DNA from: Chitinophagales bacterium | Lineage (GTDB): Bacteria > Bacteroidota > Bacteroidia > Chitinophagales > Saprospiraceae | NCBI GenBank assembly: GCA_038258275.1 | Contig: JBBSPZ010000005.1 | Span: forward strand, 9,407 to 73,406 | Direction: 5' to 3' | Length of the DNA: 64,000 nt | Shown: positions 37,723-45,437 of the stretch, one piece after another | Layout of the letters: every line of letters starts with the position of its first letter | Position numbering within the stretch: position 1 is the first letter of the stretch | Translations under genes and position numbers: made by a program | Notes under the pieces: generated by a model | What the model was told of the DNA's origin: nothing | The model's database searches: none | The model's input: only the letters and a program-made list of their open reading frames with translations

Positions 37723-39219
37723 ATGAAACCTGAAAAGCACCCTTTTGACGAACTGATCCGCCAGCGGATCACTGACCTGCCCGCCGGCCCATCGCGGGGT
37801 TGGGAAGGACTGGAGCGAAAGCTCGATGCCCCCGACCCGATGGATACCGCCGTGGCCTCCAAGCTCGCTGCGCTCACCCCTACCCCGCTGCCCGGCAGTT
37901 GGGAAAAACTTTCCGAAAAGCTTACGGCCCGCGAAGCCGAAGCCGAAGCCGCCCTGGATACGGCCGTGGCCGGTGGACTTCAGCAGTCTTCCCCCGCCCC
38001 GATCTCCGGCTGGGCCCTGCTGGCCGCCCGCCTCGAGCTGATCGGAAAACGGCGCGAGATGGTCGCCTGCATGAAGATTTCCGAGGCCGCGCTCCTGCTC
38101 AGCCTGATCCTCCTTTTCTTCCGCTTCGGCAACCTGCCCCAGGAAAACCGTAAGCCGCAAGCCGATCAGAATGCCACGGCCGCCTTCCCCATCACCGTGG
38201 CCGAGACTCCTGCCTTCCGCCCGAAGGAGGTCGATCCGCCCGAAGCGGTACTATCCGCAGTGCTGCCCGCCCCAACGAACGCGGCGGTAGCTCCCCTGGC
38301 CTCAGTCCCCCTCGCGTCGCGCCAAGTTTCCCGGGAAGCTCCCCTTCCCGCGGTTCGTCCGCTAAATTCCACGGAGGCAACCGGGCAGTTATCTTTCCTG
38401 GAATTTGCGCTGCAGCTGCCCGAACAGAACGTCCACCCCCCATTCCAGCTTCCCTCCCTGCTCGACGGAGAGCCCATCCAGTACTACCTGAACCTGTTTG
38501 TTTCGCCGGTTGACTTCAACCAGGTGGTGACCCAGACCAATCAATCCCTGGGCATTACGGCCGGCTCAGAACTCTCTACCGGCTACAGCCTCGGGGGCCT
38601 GATTGATATCAGCCAGGGCCACAACGCCCTGGAAACCGGGTTCATCTATGGCTACCGCGCCTACGTGCCCGCGGAAATTCTGCGCCTGGAGAACGAGCAG
38701 CCCGTCCAAAACGAAGAAGCTCCCGTCCGCTACGGTCGCCTCCGCTACCATACCGTCTCCGTTCCCCTGAACTACGAAAGGGAAATTTTCCGTGACGAAA
38801 AGTGGCAGTTTTCCGGTGGCGTAGGCATGGTGGTGAACGTTATTCTATCCTCTAAATTCAGGCTCGACGGGATCTACACCGTCGAAGACCTGGAACGTCA
38901 GATCATCCAGTACCGCCTCAAGCTACAGGACGAGGGAATCATTTCGGCTCCCGGTCGTGCCTCTTCCAACCACGAAATCCTGTATCCGGAAGCCGGGGTT
39001 TTCCAGGGCGGATCCCTACTGAGCAACAGCAGCCTGTACCTGAGCGGCAACCTGCGCATCGAGCGGTTGCTCAACGACAAGTGGAGCCTGTATTTCTCGC
39101 CAACGGTATCCCGCCTGATCACGATGCGCCCCGGTGACGGCGGCAAGGGGCCCCTCGAAGATCGGATCCACAATACCATGCTGCGCTTCGGTACCCGCGT
39201 CCGCTTATCCGACAAATAA
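37723..39219 (+). CDS. Putative dual-membrane-spanning anti-sigma factor (N-terminal repeats, TM, Pro/Ala linker, outer-membrane beta-barrel)
   Basis: Starts 2 nt after the sigma factor stop. TM at about aa 120-134. Alternating-hydrophobic beta-strand pattern in the C-terminal half. Confidence 0.7.
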   Translation: MKPEKHPFDELIRQRITDLPAGPSRGWEGLERKLDAPDPMDTAVASKLAALTPTPLPGSWEKLSEKLTAREAEAEAALDTAVAGGLQQSSPAPISGWALLAARLELIGKRREMVACMKISEAALLLSLILLFFRFGNLPQENRKPQADQNATAAFPITVAETPAFRPKEVDPPEAVLSAVLPAPTNAAVAPLASVPLASRQVSREAPLPAVRPLNSTEATGQLSFLEFALQLPEQNVHPPFQLPSLLDGEPIQYYLNLFVSPVDFNQVVTQTNQSLGITAGSELSTGYSLGGLIDISQGHNALETGFIYGYRAYVPAEILRLENEQPVQNEEAPVRYGRLRYHTVSVPLNYEREIFRDEKWQFSGGVGMVVNVILSSKFRLDGIYTVEDLERQIIQYRLKLQDEGIISAPGRASSNHEILYPEAGVFQGGSLLSNSSLYLSGNLRIERLLNDKWSLYFSPTVSRLITMRPGDGGKGPLEDRIHNTMLRFGTRVRLSDK

Positions 39220-39276
39220 GGGTTAAACTTACCTTAGCGGCCCAACCCACCGCTACGCCGGTAATGTTTTCCATTT

Positions 39277-40863
39277 ATGATTCGTACTGCACTCGTCACG
39301 GTGGCGCTCCTTTGCGCCCTGTCCGCCACCGCCCAACGCGCCGACCTGCCCACCTCGGATGAGGAAGCCCGGGCCCTGGCCGCTACCATTACCCCGACCG
39401 ACCTGCGCCGCCACCTCACCGTGCTGTCCGCCGACGACATGGAAGGCCGCGAAACCGGGCAACCCGGCCAGAAACGCGCCGCTGCTTACCTGCAGGGCCA
39501 GCTCGAAGCAATGGGGTTCCCGCGGATCGGCGACAATGGTTATTTTCAAACGATCAAGTTCAGCCGCCAGAAATGGGACGTGATCGAGATGATCCTGGCG
39601 GGCCAGGACCTGCGACACCTGTGGGAATTTTACAGCTCCCCCGGTCGGAATTCCAGCCGCGACAGCGTGCACATCGACGAAGTCGTTTTTCTCGGCTACG
39701 GCATCGACGACTCCGGCTACAGCGATTACGACGGCCATGACCTGCGGGGCAAGACCATTATGATCCTGGCCGGTGAGCCCCGGGGCAGGGATGGCCGCTT
39801 TCTGCTTACCCGCACCAAGGACCCCAGCGGATGGAGCCTCGACGACGGCCGCAAGCTTCGGCTTGCCGCGGAAAAGGGGGTCGAAACCGTAATGATAATC
39901 GACCCGGCCTTTAAAACGAACGTCCAGGACGTCCGCCAGGAAACCCTCGACGGCCGCCTGCGCATGACCGACCAGACCGAAGCAGAACGAACGGAAGCCA
40001 ACAGCGTCTACCTCAGTTCCGAACTGGCCAAGGACATCATCGGCAGGGAGTATAAAAAAGTAGTGAAGGCCCGCAAGCGGATCGAAAAATCCGGCAACCC
40101 CAGGCCGGTTTCCGTACCGACCGACATCACCCTGACGCAACGGAAGGCCGTCACCGAGCTCATCGGCGAAAACGTCCTCGGCTACCTGGAAGGATCGGAT
40201 CCCAACCTTAAGGACGAAGTCCTCGTCGTCAGTGCCCACTACGACCACCTGGGCAAACGCGGCGACGCGATCTTTAACGGAGCCGACGACAACGGCTCGG
40301 GCAGCAGCACCGTGCTGGAAGTCGCCCAGGCTTTCGTCGAAGCCCGCAAGGCCGGGCAAGGCCCCCGCCGCAGCGTTCTGTTCCTCTGGGTGAGCGGCGA
40401 AGAGAAGGGCCTGCTGGGTTCCGAATATTATTCCACCCACCCGGTCTTCCCCCTCGAGCAAACCATTGCCGACATCAACGTCGATATGGTCGGCCGCGTC
40501 GACGAAAAGCACGCCGCTGATCCCTACTACATCTACGTGATCGGCAGCGATCGGCTCAGCAGCGAGCTGCACGCCATCAATGAGGCGGTCAATGAGGACT
40601 TCACCCAGCTCGAACTCGACTATACCTACAATTTGGAGAGCGACCCCAACCGCTACTACTACCGCTCAGACCACTACAATTTCGCCAGGAACGGCATCCC
40701 GAGCATCTTCTTCTTCAACGGCAGCCACGCTGACTACCACCGCGATACCGACACCATTGAAAAGATCAACTTCGAAAAAATGGCCCGCATCGGTCAGCTC
40801 GTCTTTTACAACGCCTGGCAGCTGGCTAACCAGGACAAGCGCATCGAGGTAGACGTCAGGTAA
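39277..40863 (+). CDS. M28 family metallopeptidase
   Basis: Motifs DDMEGRETG..GQ..AA, SAHYDHLG, NGADDNGSG, SGEEKGLLGS, YRSDHYNF and DYHRDTD. Confidence 0.93.
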   Translation: MIRTALVTVALLCALSATAQRADLPTSDEEARALAATITPTDLRRHLTVLSADDMEGRETGQPGQKRAAAYLQGQLEAMGFPRIGDNGYFQTIKFSRQKWDVIEMILAGQDLRHLWEFYSSPGRNSSRDSVHIDEVVFLGYGIDDSGYSDYDGHDLRGKTIMILAGEPRGRDGRFLLTRTKDPSGWSLDDGRKLRLAAEKGVETVMIIDPAFKTNVQDVRQETLDGRLRMTDQTEAERTEANSVYLSSELAKDIIGREYKKVVKARKRIEKSGNPRPVSVPTDITLTQRKAVTELIGENVLGYLEGSDPNLKDEVLVVSAHYDHLGKRGDAIFNGADDNGSGSSTVLEVAQAFVEARKAGQGPRRSVLFLWVSGEEKGLLGSEYYSTHPVFPLEQTIADINVDMVGRVDEKHAADPYYIYVIGSDRLSSELHAINEAVNEDFTQLELDYTYNLESDPNRYYYRSDHYNFARNGIPSIFFFNGSHADYHRDTDTIEKINFEKMARIGQLVFYNAWQLANQDKRIEVDVR

Positions 40864-40880
40864 ACCGGTACGCTCCCACC

Positions 40881-42152
40881 TTAAAAGGTAAGGATCGAGG
40901 TCAGGTCACTGCGCTCGTTGTCGTACACCGTGGCCGCTACGAAGCACAGCACCGCCAGAATGAGGCCGTATAGGAAGACGTTGTAGCAAATGCGGAGAAA
41001 CGCATACTTCTTGGCCAGTACCACCCCGAGAAAGTAGAGGTCGCGCGTCATCGAGGAGTAGAGAAAGTCTTCGTCCTCGATCATCTCCTTCATGCCATCC
41101 TGGAAGTCTTCCAACTGCATGTTGTAGAAGTTCCCGAAGAAGAGCAGGTTACTGCGGCGGGCCTTGATGTCCTCGAGGCTGCTGTTTCCCTCGGTGACCT
41201 TCGGTCGCGTGGCCTGGATGGCGAAGAACAACGAACCCAGGCAAACGCCCACCAGGATGATGGTCGGCACCATCAGGTGGGGATTGGAATCGAGCTTCGG
41301 AAACAAGTTCGCCGCCGAGATGCTCAGAATAATGGCGTTGATCGAGAGCATGATGTTGGCCTTATTGTCGGCGATGCTGCTGAGGTTGACGTGGGTGCGG
41401 TAGGTGGTGCGGAACATCGTCTCCACTCCGCGGCCGAGCTTGGCGTCGGCCTTGCGCTGCTGGCCGCGTTTTTTGGGTTTGGACTTGTGCTTTTTGGTCA
41501 GCTCCAGCTCGCGCAGGTTGTGCGGGGTCTGATCCGGGAGGAGGGCCTTCTTTCGCTTGTAGAGCTCTTTGACGTGCCGACCCTTTCGCTTGCCGAAAAG
41601 TTCGCGGGCGGCATCGGTGTGGTATTCGTGGTTGAGCATGAAGGCCAGCTCGAAATCGATCCATTCCTGGTCCGACATCACCTGGTTTCGGGTCAGGGCG
41701 AACTCCTGGCGTACCCGGCCGCAACGGTCCCAGTAGCTTTCGTCGCCGAGGTGGCTCAAATCCGCGTCGGCCACGATCTCCTCCAGGAAGTTCTCGGGTT
41801 GCTGGGGCATTCGGGTAGCCAGGATGGCTCCGCGGATGGCGGCAACGAGGGGGTCATCGTCCACCTCCCGCTCCCGCAGAAACCTTTCGGCCAGGTCAGC
41901 ACTGCGGACTTCGTGGTCGGCGAACCCCTCGCTGTACCCGATGTCATGAAACCAGGCCGCCAGCCGGATGATCAGCAGCTCGCGTTCGCTCAGCTCGTAG
42001 TGGGTGGCCAGCTCCAGGGCGGCTTCCACTACCGCATACGTGTGCTGAAAATTATGGTAGACGAATTTTTCGTCGATATTTTTCGCCATAAACCGTTCTA
42101 CATAGGATTCTACCTCCTGTAGCAGTCCTGCCGGTACGATTACTGTTTCCAT
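40881..42152 (-). CDS. HD-domain phosphohydrolase fused to a Pycsar-type TM effector (DUF5706)
   Basis: N-terminal YHNFQH..WFHDIG..HE..S..ADADL. C-terminal TMFRT....HVNLSSIADNKANIMLS.N, NLLFFGNF and KKY..LRICY with TM helices. Confidence 0.85.
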   Translation of the reverse strand: METVIVPAGLLQEVESYVERFMAKNIDEKFVYHNFQHTYAVVEAALELATHYELSERELLIIRLAAWFHDIGYSEGFADHEVRSADLAERFLREREVDDDPLVAAIRGAILATRMPQQPENFLEEIVADADLSHLGDESYWDRCGRVRQEFALTRNQVMSDQEWIDFELAFMLNHEYHTDAARELFGKRKGRHVKELYKRKKALLPDQTPHNLRELELTKKHKSKPKKRGQQRKADAKLGRGVETMFRTTYRTHVNLSSIADNKANIMLSINAIILSISAANLFPKLDSNPHLMVPTIILVGVCLGSLFFAIQATRPKVTEGNSSLEDIKARRSNLLFFGNFYNMQLEDFQDGMKEMIEDEDFLYSSMTRDLYFLGVVLAKKYAFLRICYNVFLYGLILAVLCFVAATVYDNERSDLTSILTF

Positions 42153-42292
42153 AAGGGATAAGCTATAGCTGGTGTGGTACGCGTTGGTCCATATGGCGGG
42201 TACGCGGGGACCAGGCAACCGGCCACTTTCAGAGAATAAAGATAACTCCCGGTAATTTCGTGCGTTTTTACTACAAAAGCCAGCCGCTGCTT

Positions 42293-42673
42293 ATGACACT
42301 CGCTCCCTACCGCCGCTACTTCAGCCCCTCCCGCTTCTGGCGCAGGCTCGGCACCTTTGCAAAAACGGCCGGCACCAAGACCGTGTATACCGCCCTGCTG
42401 CTATACTATGCGTACGAACGCGAAGAAACCCCTTCCTGGGCCAAACGCACCGTCATTGGGGTTCTGGGCTACCTGCTCATGCCGCTGGATGCCGTGCCCG
42501 ACCTCACGCCCATCCTGGGGTACACCGACGACATCGGGGTGCTCGGGGCCGGGCTGATCATGGTCGCCGCCTACGTGAACCAGGACGTCCGGAAAAAGGC
42601 CCGTGCCAAACTCGGCGAGTGGATCCCCGAGCCCGACAGCCGCGACCTCGAGCAGGTAGAAAAGCAGCTGTAA
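42293..42673 (+). CDS. YkvA / DUF1232 family membrane protein
   Basis: Motifs ALLLYYA....TP.WAK..IG.LGY..MPLDAVPD..P..GYTDD. Confidence 0.9.
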   Translation: MTLAPYRRYFSPSRFWRRLGTFAKTAGTKTVYTALLLYYAYEREETPSWAKRTVIGVLGYLLMPLDAVPDLTPILGYTDDIGVLGAGLIMVAAYVNQDVRKKARAKLGEWIPEPDSRDLEQVEKQL

Positions 42674-42693
42674 GGCCGCAACCCGCCACTCCT

Positions 42694-42701
42694 TACCTTT
42701 G
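42694..42701 (+). promoter_or_regulatory. -7 element (TACCTTTG) for the two-gene unit 42725-44290
   Basis: Exact TAnnTTTG match between ykvA and ORF 42725. Confidence 0.6.
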
Positions 42702-42724
42702 TCTCCATCACAAATAAGCTCCAA

Positions 42725-43246
42725 ATGTCCGGCACCAACAATCGATTTGCCAACGCCCTAATGAAAGCCCTGGAAAAGAAGAACCTCGACGGCTTCGATT
42801 ACCTCGAGTTCAAGCAGTCGGTGGGCCGGCTAACCGAGATCGGTATGGACCTGGATACGGCCATCAATTCCACCTTTATCACTGGCTCTTCGGTCGGACT
42901 CACCAAGGACAAACTCATCAAGACCGCCGGGTACTACGCGGAGGTGCTGCAGGACGAAAAAGCGCAGTTCATGCGCAGCCTCGAAAAGCACCTGGTGGAC
43001 AACGTAGAGGGCAAGGCGAAGCAAACCGGGGAACTCAAGAAGAAGATCGCCAACTGGCAGGCCAAAATTCAGCAATTGCAGGAGCAGATTGCCGCGGCTA
43101 CCGAGCAGATCGAATCCGCCGATACCCAGATCAACTCCGCCCGCGCCAAAGCCGAGGAGAACCAGCGCGGCTTCGACGATGCCCTGGAAGTCATCACCAA
43201 CACCATCAACCAGGACGTAGCGGATATCCGCCGCGTCCTTTCATAA
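42725..43246 (+). CDS. Hypothetical protein (FDYLEFKQ motif plus C-terminal coiled coil)
   Basis: 173-aa ORF with helical N-domain and heptad-rich C-terminal half. Confidence 0.8.
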   Translation: MSGTNNRFANALMKALEKKNLDGFDYLEFKQSVGRLTEIGMDLDTAINSTFITGSSVGLTKDKLIKTAGYYAEVLQDEKAQFMRSLEKHLVDNVEGKAKQTGELKKKIANWQAKIQQLQEQIAAATEQIESADTQINSARAKAEENQRGFDDALEVITNTINQDVADIRRVLS

Positions 43247-43255
43247 CCTTCCCCG

Positions 43256-44290
43256 ATGATGCCACCGGCCTCTACTACCAAGTCGTTCTGGCAACGGCCC
43301 GAAGGCGTAACCGGACTAGTCTTCCTGGTCGCCCTGCTGGCCGGTCTCGGTTTTCTCTTTACCGCCTTTGCCGGGGTAATCCTGCCCTTTCTGTCGACCA
43401 CCATCGGCATCGTGGTGGCGGGAGTTGCCCTGCTAGCCCTCGTGTTTGCCATTGCCGACCCGCGTACCCGCACCCTGTTCACCTATATGTACAAGAGTGC
43501 CATGCGGAAGGTGACCGGCCTGTTCGTCAACATTGATCCCATCGGTATCCTGCAGTCTTACGTGGAAGAACTGGAGGGCAACCTGCAGGAGATGCGCAAG
43601 CAGATCGGCAAGATCCGGGGGCAGATGCGCCACCTCAGTACCCTGCTGGAAACGAACGAAGCCGAGGTGAAGAAGCAACTCAAGCTCGCGGCCCTGGCCA
43701 AGGAAACGGGCAAGAACCAGCAGATGATCCTCAGCAGCCGCCGCGCCGCCCGCCTCCGCGAGAGCAACCAGAAGTACCAGGTGCTGCTCACCAAGATGGA
43801 GGTACTCAACCGGGTGCTCAACCGCATGCACCAGAACAGCGAAGTACTCCTGGAGGATACCCGCGACCAGGTCGACCTGCGCATCCAGGAGCGCAAGGCC
43901 ATCCGCGCCAGCCACGGCGCCATGCGCTCGGCCATGAGCGTGATCAACGGCGACCCCGATCAGCGCGCCCTGTTCGACCAGGCCATGGAGGCCATCACCG
44001 AAGACGTGGCCAATAAGGTCGGCGAGATGGAACGCATGATGGAGCTCAGCAACGATTTCATGGCCAGCGTGGACCTACAGAACGGCGTCTTCGCCGACGA
44101 AGGCCTCCGCATGCTGGAAGAGTGGGAACGGAAAAGCGAATTACTGCTCAGCAAGGGGCACATTGAATTCGACCTCGACGAGGAAAAGCCCCCCCGCGAG
44201 GAAAACCTGGACCTCGACGACCTTTCCCGCAACCGCCCCGATCCCCAGGCGCGGACCGACAATACGAGCTACGACCAGTTCTTCCATTAG
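43256..44290 (+). CDS. PspA/IM30-like coiled-coil protein with two N-terminal TM helices
   Basis: Two TM segments (about aa 17-68), then NIDPIGILQSYVEEL resembling the PspA (E/D)DP..ML.Q.I.DM motif, a long helical hairpin and an acidic tail. Confidence 0.65.
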   Translation: MMPPASTTKSFWQRPEGVTGLVFLVALLAGLGFLFTAFAGVILPFLSTTIGIVVAGVALLALVFAIADPRTRTLFTYMYKSAMRKVTGLFVNIDPIGILQSYVEELEGNLQEMRKQIGKIRGQMRHLSTLLETNEAEVKKQLKLAALAKETGKNQQMILSSRRAARLRESNQKYQVLLTKMEVLNRVLNRMHQNSEVLLEDTRDQVDLRIQERKAIRASHGAMRSAMSVINGDPDQRALFDQAMEAITEDVANKVGEMERMMELSNDFMASVDLQNGVFADEGLRMLEEWERKSELLLSKGHIEFDLDEEKPPREENLDLDDLSRNRPDPQARTDNTSYDQFFH

Positions 44291-44299
44291 CAAGGCGGC

Positions 44300-45349
44300 C
44301 TACCAACCGGCCCCGTACTGTTCCACGAGGACGTTGTCGTAGGCATCCGCCTGGGCAAACAGGTTCTCAAAGCGCGGCAGGGCCGTATCGACCGACAGGT
44401 AGCGGTCGTAGATGAGCAGCGACAGAATGATGTCGCGGCCGTACGTAGAAAAGGTCAGCTGCCGCAGGCGGGCATTTTCGCGCAGCAGGTAGGCAAACAG
44501 CTCCGCCGGCGCCGGTTCGGGCAGCTTGCAGAGGTAGGCGTCCCCGGTAACCAGCCCGCTGTCTTCGTGATAGGCCACCAGGATGTCGGCGCTGCCCTGC
44601 CGGATGTTCCAGAGGTTCGGCCCGCGCCGGGCCAGCCGCGGGTCGTGGCCGCCGCCGGTGATGATCTGCTCGATGGTCGCATTGACGCCCGTCGCCGGGG
44701 TGTCTTCGACCAGCGACGGCAGCACGAGTGCCGCACCGCAGCCCGGACAGTACCCGCGGGAGTTCGGCCCCACCTCGAAGGTGATCTCCCGACAATCGAA
44801 GCAACGCGCCGCGGCATTCCCCCCGCCGCGCGCGAAGTCGATCAGGATTTCGGCCGTCACGTCTGCCGGCAGGCTGAGCGTCATGGCCCCTCCGTCCGGA
44901 CTGTCCTGCATATTGATCCCCAGCAACCGCCCGTCGGTATCGAACAACGGTCCCCCGCTCAGCGTCGCCTCCAACCGGGCATCGTGGACCAGGTACGGAA
45001 TCCCGTGGTGGAGAAAGCCAGTCTCCCGGATGGTACCGGAAACCTCCCGCAGCGTATCGCCGAAGTACTGCCCCATGGCGAGGACGGCCTCCTCCACCTC
45101 CGGCAGGTGGTCCGCCAACTCCAGATCGGGCAGCTCAATGGACGTCTCGGGACGCAAGAAGGCCAGGTCGTAGTAGCTGTCCAGGTACACCACCGCGGCC
45201 AGTTGCTCGCTCACGTCGGTGCTGCCGATCACCACCGAGGCATTATCGCGCACGACGTGCTCGTTGGTCACGACCAGGTTGTACTGCGGCAGGTAGACAC
45301 CGGTACCGATACTGAAGGGAGTGGCCACCTGGAAAACGTAGCGGTGCAT
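44300..45349 (-). CDS. Trypsin-like (S1C) peptidase + Zn-ribbon + YbjN/CesT-like C-domain
   Basis: Motifs GTG..L....VVTNEHV, DLAFL and SGGPLFD..G.LLGIN. CFDC..CPGC ribbon. C-terminal LFAYLLRENA.L..LTFS..DIILS. Confidence 0.8.
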   Translation of the reverse strand: MHRYVFQVATPFSIGTGVYLPQYNLVVTNEHVVRDNASVVIGSTDVSEQLAAVVYLDSYYDLAFLRPETSIELPDLELADHLPEVEEAVLAMGQYFGDTLREVSGTIRETGFLHHGIPYLVHDARLEATLSGGPLFDTDGRLLGINMQDSPDGGAMTLSLPADVTAEILIDFARGGGNAAARCFDCREITFEVGPNSRGYCPGCGAALVLPSLVEDTPATGVNATIEQIITGGGHDPRLARRGPNLWNIRQGSADILVAYHEDSGLVTGDAYLCKLPEPAPAELFAYLLRENARLRQLTFSTYGRDIILSLLIYDRYLSVDTALPRFENLFAQADAYDNVLVEQYGAGW

Positions 45350-45437
45350 GGGGCGGGACTTGAAGAGCTAAAGGTACGGCCCGCCACCGGATCGGTAATT
45401 CCCCGCCCGTACCGCCCGAATTGCCCATCTTTGCGGC

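Noticed and set aside
40881-44290. A complete Pycsar/CBASS defence operon
   Set aside because: No nucleotidyl cyclase or CD-NTase motif in any neighbouring ORF. The effector fusion is transcribed divergently from its neighbours, so it is reported only as a stand-alone gene.
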